Positions 14,760-34,148 of a stretch of DNA of 64,000 nt are shown piece by piece. Location: the NCBI RefSeq assembly GCF_009914755.1, contig NC_060946.1; one strand, written 5' to 3'. The notes under the pieces are model-generated. The model saw only the letters and a list, made by a program, of their open reading frames with translations, ran no database searches and was not told where the DNA came from. Source of the DNA: the human T2T-CHM13v2.0 reference genome, Homo sapiens. Position 1 is the first letter of the stretch, and every line of letters starts with the position of its first letter. Made by a program: the position numbers and the translations under genes.

Positions 14760-15560
14760 CATTGATTTGAACGCCCATGCTCACAGCAGCCTTATTCACA
14801 AAAACCACAAGGTAGAAGCAACCCAAATGTCCATCGACAGATGAATGGATCAACAAGATGTGGTCTCTCCACACAATTCAGCCTTAAAAAGGAAGGAAAT
14901 TCCAACACATGCTACATGCAGGAACTTTGAAGACTTTATATATACTAAGGGTACCCACCCCCTACCTCACTGTATTCATATGTTGAAATCCCAACCCCCA
15001 AGCTGATGGTATTAGGGTATGGGATTATTAGATTCAAAGTTTGGGACATAATTAGGTCATGAGGGTGGAGCTCCCATGATGGGAGTTGTGACCTTATAAA
15101 AGGGATTCCAGAGGCCCCTCTTACCCCTTCTGCCATGTAACAATACAACAGGAAGTCAGAAGTCTGTGAATGAAAGAGGGCCCTCACCAGAACCCAACCA
15201 TGCTGGCCCTTCATCTTGGACTTCCAGCCTCCAGAGCCATGAGGTATCAATGTCTGTTGTTTATAAACCACCCAGACCATGGTACTTTGTTATGGCAGCC
15301 CGACCTCACTAAGACACTAATCAAAACAAACCGGTCCACAAAAGGACAAACACTGTATGATTCCACTTACATGAGGTACCTAGAGTAGTCAAATTCCTAC
15401 AGACAGAGTAGAATGGTGGTTTCCAGGGGCTGAGGGGAGAGGGAAATGGAGAGTTGTTTAATGGCATGGAGTTTTAGTTTTGCCAAATAAAAAAGTTCTG
15501 GATTAGTTGGACAACGATGTGAATGTACTTCATGCTTCTGAGCTGTACACTTAAAAACGG
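14760..15560 (+). mobile_element. Old L1M 3' fragment interrupted by a MaLR (MST/MLT) LTR at about 14950-15320
   Basis: acccaaatgtccatcgacagatgaatggat (L1); tcttggacttccagcctccagagccatgag...ttgttatggcagccc (MaLR). Confidence 0.7.
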
Positions 15561-15561
15561 T

Positions 15562-16377
<816 letters not shown>

Positions 16378-16910
16378 TCCATTTTACTACACTACAGTGT
16401 CTCTCTTTTTACATGGTTGTTGCAGTAAAAGAAAATTCAGTGTATATAGAAACATCACAAGCAATTGTTTTAAGATTATATGTAAAGTGGAAATAAGTTG
16501 TAGACTCATATAGTTGTCAATAGGTTTTCTAACATAAGAACTTTGGGTGGGGCACTTGAGAACTGATTCAGATGGAAGATGGTTCTAGGCTGGTGGAACA
16601 GTGTTGAGAATTCCTGAATGTGTAGTATTCCTAGACCTCTGTCCACCAAATTAAAGCAGGTCCCCCATCACCATGATCCTACAGGGGGCATCCCCCTTAG
16701 TAACGGCCTCTTTCTCTAGCCTAAATTGAGACATTCTCCTCCTTGTTTCTCTAGGCCTCAGCCACACTGGCCTTCTTCTATTTCCAAACACACACCAAGC
16801 TCTCTCCTGAAACACAGCCTTCCCACACACCGCATCTCTGCCTAGTTCATACACTGCCGGCAAATTGTGTATTGGGGCTGGGCCCTTCCCACTGTTCAGC
16901 TGTCATCCTA

Positions 16911-17373
<463 letters not shown>

Positions 17374-17984
17374 CTAGACTCTAAGCTTCATGGGAGGAGG
17401 GGCTATGCACATTCACAGTGTCTGCTCTTACCAGAGAGTCTCACAGAGCAGCCCTAACAGGTTAGACCAAAGAACAGGTCATATAAAAACCCAAGTTCCA
17501 ATTTCTCCTGAGATGTTTTTCTCCTAAAAACCAAGTTAAGAACTCTAGGCCTCTACTGGGAAGCTGCCTCCCCATTCAGACAGGGTCTCCCCATTACCAC
17601 AATCCCTTCTAGTCCTCTCTTCTACTTGCTTCCCTAGGTGATCATTGCAGGCATCTGAGTTTGTAAACCCGAGTTTACAAAAGGGGATTAGAGAAATGCC
17701 CACATCAAATGATCTCATTCACCCATTTCTCAGATTCTAGGTCCTTATGGTTGGCACACGTTGCAATGAGTTGGATGGGGGGAGTCCAGCCAGGACCTCA
17801 GGGTAGCCACAGACTTCTTCAATTTCCACCCTCTAAGGTTTGGTCCTCAGATTGGAATTATGTTTCCTCAATTCTCTGCAGACAGGAAGTGTTGAGATCT
17901 GACTCTTAGTAGTAATTTAAATGAGAGAAAGAGAGGAGGAGGGAGGTATTTTTATATCCTATTTGTATCTAAATACCAGAAAAG

Positions 17985-19286
<1,302 letters not shown>

Positions 19287-19588
19287 TTATGAAAAGCTGA
19301 AGGTTAAGTGAACTTGGGGAATACTGCCTCCTGCTGGCTGGATGTCATGGAAGCCTGGCCCATCAGCAGAGAATGATAAGCTGGAGTTCTGGAGGGTCTG
19401 ATTTCCAAGGAATCACCCCCTTGGAAGCTCCTCTAATACACCCTGATGAGATTAACCTGATTAGGTCCATTGTTTGATAAAAAGAGGAGGAAGTTTAATC
19501 ACTTCCACATTCTTTGCCCACGACTAACCCTGATTGGATTTGGGGCTATGGTTCAAATGTATGACCGATTGATTTTTTTCACTTCTTC

Positions 19589-20013
19589 TGTTGGACTTTT
19601 GAAAAAAAGTTCTCTGAAAAGGAATTTAGAGGAAAGAGACTTATTCCAGTGAACAGTTACAGTTTGCAAACCCAAGAGACACAACTTTTGGTACAAAAGG
19701 AAGTTACATTCCAGAGAACAAGGGGAGGCTTTGTCTTTTCTAGAGAAAATTCCCGCTCAGAATCCCACTCAGGTCTGCTTATGCAAATGAAAGATTCAAA
19801 CTTTTTAGTTCTGATTACTTGGCTCTAGCTGGGTTCTGATTAGTCAAAGCAGGTCACAGTCTACTGGTGGCGTAAACAGGAACAGGCAGCTATGTAAGTC
19901 CCAAAGTTTCTCCAGAAACTCAAAGTATGTGTGTGACCTCTGGTCAGCAAATAACCACTTGTCTCAAATTTAAATTCAGGCCCAGGATTCATCTTGAGGA
20001 ATCGGCTCTTTCA
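19589..20013 (-). mobile_element. Probable ERV1 (MER31-like) LTR with ATGCAAAT octamer
   Basis: TG...CA ends and LTR-like composition; family assignment from recall. Confidence 0.45.
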
Positions 20014-20020
20014 GGGTTCA

Positions 20021-20748
<728 letters not shown>

Positions 20749-20968
20749 GAGTAAATATGGCCTGATGTGAAAAAAAATTATAACCACCAGAATTTCCTAA
20801 AATGTATTTTATTGATCTATAGTGTTATTGCACAACATCCACAAATATCTATGATGACAATTGTTTAAAATTCAAGTTAAAATACAAAATTTAAAAAGTT
20901 TACCTACTTTTACGTTGTTAATTTATGACTCTTTGGGTTTGAAATGAGATTTGATATCATTGTATTTA

Positions 20969-21486
20969 TAGATATTCCTTGACTTCTTGTGTTATGTACC
21001 AATAAGCACATTGTTAAGTTGAAAACATCATAAATAAAAAATGTGTAGCTGGGCCAGGAGCTATGGCTCATGCCTATAATCCCAACACTTTGGGATGCTG
21101 AGGCAGGAGGATCACTTGAGCTCAAGAGTTCAAGACCAGCCTGGGCGACAAAGCAAGACCCCCATCTCCACAAAAAATTAAAAAATTAGCCAGTTGTGGT
21201 GCTGCATGCCTGGGGTCCCAGCTACTTGGGAGGCTGAGGCAGGAGGATCATTTGAACCCAGGATGTCGAGGCTGAAGTGAGCTATGACGGTGTCACTATG
21301 CTCCAGTCTGGGTAACATAATGAGACCTTATTTTTAAAAGAACACACAATGTGTAGCTGAGTAGGGCTGCGGCTCACTGCCACTGCCAGTGTTTGAAGAA
21401 CAGTTCCCACTGAATGCATCTCAATTTTGCACTGTAATCAAGTAGAAAAACTGTAAGTCCAATCATTGTAAGTCTGGGACCATCTT
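20969..21486 (+). mobile_element. MER47-like Tigger DNA transposon with an inserted Alu (21052-21340)
   Basis: gttaagttgaaaacatcat...ggctcactgccactgcc...cattgtaagtctgggaccatc. Confidence 0.6.
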
Positions 21487-21675
21487 GTCCATAGTCTTAT
21501 GACAGAATACTGTTTAAAAGTGTAGATCTATCCGAATGTTGATGAATTTATTGTGAAATGCTTCCCCTTGTGTTGCTTCTATGTGATCTATGTGCAGCAG
21601 TGGACTTTTTTTTTTTTAAGTGAAAAACAAATCATGCCCCTCCCTTCATTCTCTCCCCCGTGATGTTTCCCTTAG

Positions 21676-22105
<430 letters not shown>

Positions 22106-22219
22106 CCCGTATGAAGGTTTTTGATGATGCTTGCTAGAATGGACCCAGATAATTTTCGTGTGGACAGAAGGTAGATTTTTAGTAGCTCTTGTTAGAGGTC
22201 ATGTAGGAGATTGTCTCAG

Positions 22220-22905
22220 CTTGAGCTGCTATTGTAAATACCGATACTGTAGACTGGGTGGCTTGAAAACACCAGAAATGCATTCCTCAGAGTTGTGGAG
22301 GCTGGATGTCCAAGATAGGACAGGTCTGAGATCAGGGTGCCAGCATGCTTCAGTTCTGGTAGGAATCCTCTTCCAGGCTACAGACTGCCAACTTCTCGTG
22401 TCTTCGTGTGGCAGAAAAAGGGCTAAAAAGATCTCTGGGATTTTTTTTTTTTTTTTTTGAGACAGAGTCTCACTCTGTTGCCCAGGCTGGAGTGTAGTGG
22501 TGTGAGTGGCATGATCTTGGTATACTGCAGTCTCCGCCTCCCGGGTTCAGGCAATTTTCGTGTCTCAGCCTCCCGAGTAGCTGGGACTATAGGCGTGTGT
22601 GACCATGCCCGACTAATTTTGGTATTTTTAGTAGAGACCGGGTTTCACCATGTTTGCCAGGCTGGTCTTGAACTCTTGGCCTGAAGTCATGTGTCTGCCT
22701 TGGCCTCCCAAAGTGCTGGGGTTGCAGGCACGAGCCACCGTGCCCAGCAGGGCCTCTTTTGTAAAGGCACTCATCCCATTCGTGAGGTTCTGCCCTCATG
22801 ACCTAATTACCTCCTACAGGTCCCATGTCTGAGCACCATCACACTGGCATTTAGGATTTCAGCTTATGAATTTTGGGAGGACACAAACATTCAGTTCATA
22901 ACAGC
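22220..22905 (-). mobile_element. MLT1 (MaLR) LTR with an inserted Alu (22441-22749)
   Basis: agactgggtggcttg...ggaggctggatgtccaagat...gaattttgggaggacacaaacattcag. Confidence 0.75.
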
Positions 22906-23343
22906 ATTGTGTTGTCACCCACTTTTTTTTTTTTGGTAGGAACAGTGTGTCGAATTCTGGTCTCAAGTGATCCTGCTGCGTCAGCCTCCCAAAGCTTTGG
23001 GATTACAGGCACGCACTGCCAAGGCCAGCCACATCCATATTCTTAATCTCCACCATGGCCTCATGAGCCTGGTCCCCTGTCAGTGGGCTAGGGCCTCGAC
23101 ATGGGTAATACGCATATTAGCTGAGGTTCAGGAACCCAACTGACTTGTGTAAGAATTTCCAGCTGGCCCCGCAGAACAAGAGGCTAAAGAGTGGGGAGCA
23201 GTGCTAGTGTTGCCACTGCTACAGCTCTCGGGCAGTATTCACTACCCTCACCCTGTATGTGTGCCCAGGTGCTGGGTGAGCATTTCACTCCACACGAGAG
23301 GCATCATGCATTCCTTCATTCGTTCGTTCATGCCGTTATACTA

Positions 23344-24070
23344 CAGTGAACAATAAACTCTTGAGGAATGTCGGGTTTAGGGGAGCCAGTCCCCTGTTCA
23401 GTTGAAAATCTGCCTGGCTATGTATATATTTTGACTCCCCCAAAACTCTTAACTACTAATAGCCTGCTGTTGACTCGAAGCCTTACTGATGATATCAACA
23501 GTCAATTAACACATACTTTGAATTTTATACGTATTATGTACTGTATGCATTTTTTTTTCTTTGAGATGGAGTCTCACTATGTGGCCCAGGCTGGAGTGAA
23601 GTGGCACCATCTCTGCTCACTGCAACCTCCCAGGTTTAAGTGATTCTCCTGCCTCAGCCTCCCAAGTAGCTGGGATTACAGGCATGTGCCACCAAGCCTG
23701 GTTAATTTTTGTATTTTTAGTAGAGATGGGGTTTCACCATGTTGGCCAGGCTAGTCTCAAACTCCTGACCTCAAGTGATCCACCTGCTTCGGCCTCCCAA
23801 AGTGCTGGGATTACAGGCGTGAGCCACTGCACCCTTCCTGTACTGTATTCGTATAATAAAGTAAGCTAGAGAAAAGAAAACGTTATTAAGATAATCTTAA
23901 GGAAGATAAAATCTATTTACTATTCATTAGGTAGAAACAGATGGATTATCCTACAGGAGGAGGAGGAAGAGGAGGGGGTTGGTTTTACAGTCTCAGGGGC
24001 GAAAGAGGCATAAGAAAATCTGCAAATAAGTGGACACACGAAGTTCAAATTCCTGTTGTTCACAGTTAGT
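23344..24070 (+). mobile_element. Tigger2/MER8-type DNA transposon with an inserted Alu (23550-23836, -)
   Basis: ttttgactcccccaaaactcttaactactaatagcctgctgttgac...aataaagtaagctagagaaaagaaaa. Confidence 0.75.
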
Positions 24071-24104
24071 GGTACACAGGAGACACTAGGTAAGCTAAAG
24101 GTTG

Positions 24105-25042
<938 letters not shown>

Positions 25043-25636
25043 ACGCAGCATAGTCCATGAGAGAGGAAGAGCAGGGCAGGCCTACTCACCTGGGGCTGTC
25101 GGGGAGGCTGCCCAGGAAGGGACTCTGAAGTGAGCACCTGGAGGAAGGAGGTTAGTTCTGAGGGACTGGAATTCATCCTGGCATTGGGATCACGGGCAAA
25201 GGTCCTGTGGTGACAAGGAGACTGGTGCGAGCCTGGCTTAGCACCATGTGAGAGCAGAGGGGTGGAAAGGCACTAGGTAAGCATGCCTTCGGATGTGAAA
25301 TGAGGGAGACGGGGACTGGGGGACCCTGACATGAGGGAGGAGGAAAGGAGATGGGACGAATGGGTGACCAGAGGGACCACTAGACCACCGAGGGTGAGAG
25401 CTTGCTAATATCAGAGCCATGTGTAGGAGAATGAAGTGCAATCTTGGATAGACCTCCAGTGCAGGTGGTCCAGCCATCAATGACCATAACCACATGCATG
25501 ATTGTAGGTGGAACCAGAAGAACCACCCAGGCAACTCACAGAACTGGGGAACTAATCAAGTCTTGTTTTAAATGACTACATTACGGGTGGTTTGCCACGT
25601 AGCAGTGGATCGCTGAAACAGTTTAAAATATCTATT

Positions 25637-25943
25637 CAGCCGGGCGTGCGGTGGGTAGCTCACACCTGTAATCCCAGCATTTTAGGAAGCTGAGGCAGGA
25701 GGATCTCTCGAACGCAGGAATTTGAGACCAGCCTTGAGCAAAATGGCAAGACCCTGTCTCCACAAAAAGTAAAAAAAATTAGCTGGGTGTGGTAGCATGT
25801 GCTTGTAGTCCCAGCTACTTGGGAGGCTGGGACAGGAGAATTGTTTGAGCCCAGGAGTTCGAGGCTGCAGTGAGCTGTGACTGCACCGCTACACTCCAGC
25901 CTGGACAACAGAGTGAAACCTTGTCTCTAAAAAAAAAAAAAAA
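25637..25943 (+). mobile_element. Alu (AluJ-like)
   Basis: Alu body and poly(A). Confidence 0.87.
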
Positions 25944-27281
25944 TCTACAAACCAGGCAGGAGCACTGAATAGCTCCTGTCTCCCCTGAGACCCTTGTAGA
26001 CCTTGAGGTCTGTTACAGAGCTCACCAACCTTCTCTTGGTCTAGAATTATCTAAAAAGAGTTGAGTGCAGCCAGAAAGGACTGAATACATGGTGTTCTTC
26101 AATCCCATCAAACTGCTGTGCCCTGCAGATGATCCCTGAGTCCAGGTGTTGGTGGGTTGAGGACAAGGCTGAGGGAACAGAGGTGGGAAGAGTGGCCCAG
26201 GGCCAGGAGAATGCAGAGTTCAGAGTGCATGACCTGCATCTAACTCTAGATGCTCCAGGGGTCTGAGACCATCTCCAGCAGGGTCTGGAAGGCCCAGTCA
26301 TTCCCCAGCACGCACAGTCACCACTGGATACTATCTTGCTCTGTGAGTGATGCAAAGGTCCTGGGTCAGTGAAGCCTGTGAAAGAAAGTTGGGACCAGAG
26401 TGTCTCTACGGTTGAGGGCTGGGCTTATTTGCTCTCTAAGTATAATTGTAAGAGCAAGTAGAAACACCTATCCTCTCTGAGCTTAAAAGGATCAAAAAGC
26501 TCTGACAGTGTCAGTGGTAGGGCTAGTTCAGGGACTGCAGTAGTGCTGGTGCCCACAGGTGGAACCTTCTCCTGCCCTGATTCCCAAGGACTGGTGCTCT
26601 CGGAGGGGTCTGGGAGGTATATTTCTCTTTCACAAATACGTGCACAACACATGAATGAGCTACTGGATGAGGGAATAAATGAATGAATGAGTGAAAAAAG
26701 CTTCCTTTCTCCTCTCCAGGAGTTAGCAGTCACTGGTTAGTTCCCCACTGCCCACCAGCCTGTGCAGAGGAGGGAGGAGCAACAGGTCATAGATGTGGTT
26801 GCAGCTGTTACTGGACAGAGTGGTCAAGACATCCTGTGTCTGCAGAGGCCCTCCCCAGCCCTCACCTGGGCAGTGGAGCTGTTGGCCAGAGAGGCAGTGG
26901 GAAGAAGGGTGGGGCTCCCAGAGTCGACCCTGCGGGCTGAAACTGGTGCAGCCTGCACCTCACCAGGCAGAGAATGGATGTGGGGCAGCTTGACACCGAG
27001 CAGGGGCTCATCTGAGCCTCAGGGGTGGTTGCTCTATCAAAGTGTTTGCAAGTAAACAGTCCCAGTGCACACCCAGCTGCTCAGTGCCACCTCGTGCACC
27101 CAGGGACACTTCAGCCTTGATCACAGGCCTGCACAGGTTCCAGGGGAGGAGACACTCCAGCTTTTTGAGGGAGGGTGAGCATGTGGGATCAGAGACTTTA
27201 AGTCCAAATTTCCCCTTAATTTTTTTTTAAATCTTGCAGGTAGTATGCAAACATACATTTAATGTATTATTTTTATTCTCA

Positions 27282-27600
<319 letters not shown>

Positions 27601-27939
27601 TAAGGACACCAGTTGTACTGACCGGGGCCCCACCTCTATGACCTCATCTAACCTTCATTAACTCCTTAAAGGCCCTATCTCCAAATACAGGCACACTGGG
27701 GGTTAGGGCTTCAACCTATGGATTTGGGGGATGCAATTCAGTCTATCACAGTGCCAAGCTGCACCTGCTCGGTGAGCCAGAACAGGGGTGGGGAAGGCAC
27801 CAGGCCCTGGTGCTTCTTTCCCATGCCTGAGTCACTCTACTTGGTTCTAGTAGGGAGAGGAGCATGGGCCGAAGGCAGTGCTGCAACATGGAAGGGGCAG
27901 AACATCCCAACCCGCTCTGGGCCCCCAGTGTCTTCTGCT

Positions 27940-28352
27940 GTACAAAGCAGGTGTTTTCACCCCCCGAGGATGTGTCCTCCCTTCCTGGCTCACCAAGCAT
28001 TTAAATGTAGACAGAAAATTTATTTATCTGGGGTGCGGTTTCCTCAGGGGGAAGTTGAGGTCACGACCCCTGAGGTACCTTAACCCAAAGGCCTCCAGGG
28101 CACTGGCCCCAGAGTCTCCAGCAGGTGCTTCCTCCCTGAATGCTTCCATATGGCAAGATCAGAGCCACAAATGCTGCCCCGACGCTGTTCCGGTAACCGA
28201 CGTTGCAGACCCAAGAAAGTCTGGGATGGTAGTGGCCAGGAACGGGGTGTGCCACGGCCCCACCTCTCAGAGCAGGGAGGAGGATGCTGGGCCAGCCCTT
28301 GGGGACCCCAGGCACCGTGGCCACAGGAGTCAGAGCTCTGCATGTCTGCACC
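27940..28352 (+). promoter_or_regulatory. VPREB1 promoter (TATA-less; EBF1, E2A and RUNX motifs)
   Basis: E-boxes CAGGTG at 27948 and 28122; RUNX TGCGGTT at 28034 abutting EBF-like TCCTCAGGGG at 28041; EBF-like CCCTTGGGGA at 28296. EBF/E2A control of surrogate light chain genes is established. Confidence 0.6.
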
Positions 28353-28876
28353 ATGTCCTGGGCTCCTGTCCTGCTCATGCTGTTTGTCTACTGCACAGGT
28401 GAGGGAACCCCCAGATCCCAAAGACTCCTGCCCCTTCCTTCATCCTGCCCTGCCCCCACGGCCCACATGCATCTGTGTCACCAGGTTGTGGTCCTCAGCC
28501 GGTGCTGCATCAGCCGCCGGCCATGTCCTCGGCCCTTGGAACCACAATCCGCCTCACCTGCACCCTGAGGAACGACCATGACATCGGTGTGTACAGCGTC
28601 TACTGGTACCAGCAGAGGCCGGGCCACCCTCCCAGGTTCCTGCTGAGATATTTCTCACAATCAGACAAGAGCCAGGGCCCCCAGGTCCCCCCTCGCTTCT
28701 CTGGATCCAAAGATGTGGCCAGGAACAGGGGGTATTTGAGCATCTCTGAGCTGCAGCCTGAGGACGAGGCTATGTATTACTGTGCTATGGGGGCCCGCAG
28801 CTCGGAGAAGGAGGAGAGGGAGAGGGAGTGGGAGGAAGAAATGGAACCCACTGCAGCCAGGACACGTGTCCCTTGA
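28353..28876 (+). CDS. VPREB1: V-set pre-B cell surrogate light chain 1 (VpreB, CD179a), 145 aa; exons 28353-28398 and 28485-28876
   Basis: Leader MSWAPVLLMLFVYCTG, 86-bp GT-AG intron, Ig V domain QPVLHQPPAMSSALGTTIRLTC...WYQQRPG...PEDEAMYYC, acidic unique tail SSEKEEREREWEEEMEPTAARTRVP*. Spliced CDS is 438 nt; no RSS. Confidence 0.98.
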
Positions 28877-29026
28877 ACTGAAGACAGCAGAGGCACGCAT
28901 CCCCTTGGAGAGACTGTCATGGAAGAGGGTGGAGCCGCCGCCCGAAGCGCCGAGGAGGCTGAGCCACTCAGCATCTCCTGGTCCTGCAGTGTTGCTGTAA
29001 ATCCCCATTGGAGACTGCATTAGGGA

Positions 29027-29032
29027 ATTAAA
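29027..29032 (+). terminator. VPREB1 polyadenylation signal ATTAAA
   Basis: 150 bp after the stop, followed by a T/GT-rich downstream element. Confidence 0.75.
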
Positions 29033-29332
29033 GCTGCTTGTCACTTTTTGCTGAGTTTGGTCTGACTGTTGTGCGACTTCGTAGTACCAGCCTTGGGCAA
29101 AGGCCCGGGGCCCCGGGAGACTGGCAGATCACTGTGGTGAGCACTCACCTGAGTCCTTACTTTTGTGGGCCATGGGAGGCAAGGGGTTGACCGAAGCACC
29201 CTGGAGGGGCATCCATGCCCAGGACAGGACCCTCTGGTGTCATCTGATTCTGCCCAGCGGTTACAGGGCAAACAAGCTTAGAAAGCACCTGGTCTGGGCC
29301 TCCAGGGAGAACAGGAGCCAGGTAATAGGCCT

Positions 29333-29538
29333 AGAGTGGGTTCTCCACCTTGGTCCTATCGACGTTTTGGGCTGGACAGTTCTTGGTTGTGGGGCTGTCC
29401 TGCGGATTGTTGAATGGTGAGTGGTTATCTGTGGCCTCTACCCACCAGATGCCCCTTCCCAGTTGTGACAAACAAAAATGTCTCCAGACATTGCCAAATG
29501 TCCCCAGGTGGTAAACTCACACTGATTGTGAACCACTG
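29333..29538 (+). mobile_element. MER20 DNA transposon
   Basis: gttgtgacaaacaaaaatgtctccagacattgccaaatgtcccc...aaccactg. Confidence 0.8.
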
Positions 29539-29587
29539 GTCTAGATGAGCAAGTAAATGCATTTACTTATTTGTACAAGAGAGTGGC

Positions 29588-30130
29588 AGGTGTCGGCAAA
29601 CATGTTCTTTTTTTCCTTTTTTTAGGGATAAAGTCTTGCTCTGTGGTCCAGGCTGGAGTGCAGTGGTGCAATCATAGCTCACCGCAGCTTCAAACTCCCA
29701 GGCTCAAGTGATTGTCCTGTCTCAGCCTCCTGAGCAGCTGAGACTACAGGCGTGCATCACCATGCTTGGCTATTTATTTAGTTTTATTTTTGGAGAGATG
29801 AATGTCTCACTATGTTGCTCAAGCTGATCTCAAACTCCTGAGCTCGAGTGATCCCCCTGCTTGGGCCTCCTAAAGTGCTGGGATTAGAGGCGTGAGCCAC
29901 TGCACCCAGCCCATTTTCTATAAAGAGCCAGGTGGTAAATATTTTTGGCTTTGTGGGCTATGCGATCTCTGTCACAACTGTTCAATTCTGTCCTAGTAGC
30001 AAGAAAGCAGCCACAGACAAACATGTCAACAAAGAGGCGTGGCTGTGTTCTTATAAAGCTGTATTTACAGAAACAGATGGGGCTACACTGGGCTGGGTAT
30101 GGCGCCCAGGCTGTAGTTTGCTGAGCCCTG
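29588..30130 (+). mobile_element. MER58A-like element with an inserted Alu (29608-29911, -)
   Basis: gtaaatatttttggctttgtgggc...aaagcagccacagac...tagtttgctgagccctg. Confidence 0.75.
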
Positions 30131-30612
30131 CTCGGGAGCACTCCAGCTCCTGTCTCCAGGTTTTAAGCAAGCCATGCTTGGTGGGATAATCAGAGTCCCC
30201 CCTCAACTTATCTTGCCTGTGACCCCAGGCAGAAGCCTCTGGACCCATGGAGATACCTAGAGGCATGAAGGACGTGGTCTCACTGAGACTGTGTTGGACT
30301 GTCTGGGTGAAGTAGCAATGGGGAGCTCCCTGCAGCCCCGGCCCACAGCAAGGCCCCCTGAGCCCGTGGGTGGTGGGTCTGAGTGTGCCTTGCAGAGAGG
30401 GACTCTCTACACTGGGTGTCCACACAACCTGTAGACATGCCTCACTCAGAGAGGTGCCGGGCAAACCATCTCCCTTGTAACCCCAACTTGCCTGGGAACG
30501 TGCATTCACCCCAGCTAAAAAGATCCTGAGGCATCTCCCCAGAGAGGTGGACACATGTCAGTATCAGCGTTCCATGTGTGGTCATGAGTCCCTCTCTTGT
30601 TAAACAGTGGTC

Positions 30613-31170
<558 letters not shown>

Positions 31171-31509
31171 ATGGCCCACAGTTTTAAAGACCAGCTAGAT
31201 GGTTCCAGAGGAACTCTGTCTTCTGCTTGTAACCCGTCCCTCTCTTGCCTCCATCCTTCATGATTCTGGGATTCCATGCTATGAGAAGAGATCTAGAAAG
31301 CCGGGAGCTGAGTTGGACTCCTGTATCATCCTCATGCCCCCACCCCACCAGCTCAATGGAAAATGAGACCTGGAACTCAGGCTTGAGGCCAGACTGAGTG
31401 TGAGTCTTAGCTCTGGAGGAGTCACTTAAAATCTAAGCCAACATTTCCAATGTTGCATGTAAAGGGGATAATCATAGAACTGATTAACTTATATAAAAAG
31501 TTTTTATCT

Positions 31510-31839
<330 letters not shown>

Positions 31840-33874
31840 TCAACAAAATAATAGTATCATGATTTCCCCATCAGTCACCTGCCTGGCCTTCCCTGTTGTC
31901 AAATCCTTTCCTTTAGTCTGAGTCATTTCTCACCTTGACCATTATCTGGTCTCCTTCCCATCCATCCTCCTGCTGCATGCAGTCTATACCCACCACTCCT
32001 CATCTTTGTTGCTCCTAGATCCAGCCTTGCATGCATTCCTCCTCTCTAACCCTTTATTGTCTCCCACACTCTAAAGAACATATGCAAGCCACATCTGTAA
32101 TTTCCAATTTTCTAGTGGCTACATTATTTTTAAACAGTAAAAACAAATAGATGAAATGATTTTTTAATGATATATTCTATTTAACATAATAAATCCCCAA
32201 TATTACCAATTCAACCTATAATCAATATAAAAATTAGTTACTAGATAGTTTAAACTTGTTTTTCTTTTGTATTCACACTTCAAAATCTGGTATGTATTTT
32301 ATATTCATGTCTTGGATAATTTGCTCAAGTGGATAATCTGGTCAGCCAAGTGGTCAAGAGCTACATATGCCTTGTGAAGAGACCACTTTGGTTGAGGGGA
32401 TGCAATTCAGCCTCCTTCCCATGACACAGCCTTTGAAGGCTGGCTCAGGCTTGGTCCCAAGTCCCATTTCTTGTGCACCCTCTCTCCCTGTTTCTGCCAT
32501 GTTAAGCCAACTGCAACTGATCAAACACCCGAGTCTCTTGGTTGCTTCTAAACCTTTGCCCAAGCTGTTTACTGCCAGGACTTCCTGTCCCTTTGTTGTG
32601 GCCTCCATCTGGCTGCACTGACTCGGGGCTCCACAACTGTCTCAAATCTCACTCCTTGGGCAAGACTTCCCCGAGCTCTTCATGCAGTTATTAACTTCCT
32701 CCACTGTGCAAACAGCATGTTTTCCTAACTATATTTAGCTTCTACTGCACAGTTATAAATTTATTTAGCAAAGCTCCCTCCCCTACTAATCTGCAGATTC
32801 TCAGTGGGCAGGATCTACTCAACCCATTGATGTGCCTGATAAACACTTGGCAATTAGACAGTTGAATGAACAAATGAATGAATGTGTAACTGAATGAATT
32901 TTCGGGTTCCAAGGACCCTGACATTCTGGGATCCCATTAGGTGGCTGGGGTCACCACCTTAGAGAATTGTGATTCCCTAAGAAGGGAGAACCAGCCCAGA
33001 CCTTCTCGATCATATTAGTGACTGGCCACATTTCCTCTCCTTTCTGATTCTCTCTCTCCCCCACACCCTTACTGCATGACAGTGATGAGAAAATCCACTT
33101 GATCAACCAAACTACAACTTTCGGCCTCATCCCTATCCCTCCCTTGCCTTCTGACCAGGGCCACAGTCACCCTGTGGGTTCTTCCTTTTGAGTGTCTCTC
33201 ACTCCCTTCCTCCTCCATATCTCTGAGACCAGCCTCCAGCCCTGCTGGCCTGCTCTGCTGCCTTCTGGCTCTTTGTTGAACCCAAGACCAGGGTTTATAT
33301 ATGTTAAATATAAATATATTTTTCCATATGAAATGTAAACATATTTTAAACATTAAATATAAATATACATCTTAGATATGGCCTGTGTTGGAATGTGTAA
33401 TAGATTGAGTATATAATGTCTATTCAATATAAAATTTATATTTATATATGCAGTAATGATTCAGGTTGATTGTAGTTAAGAAAAACAAGCTCCAAATTCG
33501 AGAGAAATATGTAAGAAGAGAGACAGGAAGAAAAAATAATGAGGCAGGTAAATGCAACAGACAATTCGAGACCCACAAGTGCAGAGCAGGCTTCCCAGAC
33601 CCGGATAATGTCTCCTGGGCTGATAGGAAGCCCTCAACCCCCCAAGTCCTTCTCAGCCATAAACCGCCTGAGCACAGAGCCACAGGGACCGTGTTGGGGC
33701 TGGGCCTCTCGACTTTAGTTCCTCTCATTCTGTGCAAAAGGAAAAACAATTCAGAATCTACAGAGGTTTAGATGTGTGTAGATGTGGACAGAGAAGTCCT
33801 GGCACGGTGGTTCACTGCCCAAGAAGACAGTGAGTCCCTGGAGGGATAGAATATACATCATGCTAATATATGTC

Positions 33875-34148
33875 ATCCCAGTACTTTGGGAGGCCGAGGC
33901 GGGTGGATCACTTGAGGTCAAGAGTTCGAGACCAGCCTGGCCAACATGGTGAATCCCCGTCTCTACTAAAAATACAGAAATTAGTTGGCTGTGGGGGTCG
34001 ATGCCTGTGATCCCAGATACTCGGGAGACAGAGGCAGGACGAACTGCTTGAACCTGGGAGGAGGAGGTTGCAGTGAGCTGAGATCATGCCATTGTACTCC
34101 AGCCTGGGGGACAGAGCAAGATCCCATCTCAAAGAAAAAAGAAAAAGA
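33875..34148 (+). mobile_element. Alu (5'-truncated AluS)
   Basis: Alu body and tail. Confidence 0.88.

Noticed and set aside
28475-28484. ORF-track start for VPREB1 at 28475
   Set aside because: It lies in the intron; the true start is the leader exon ATG at 28353.
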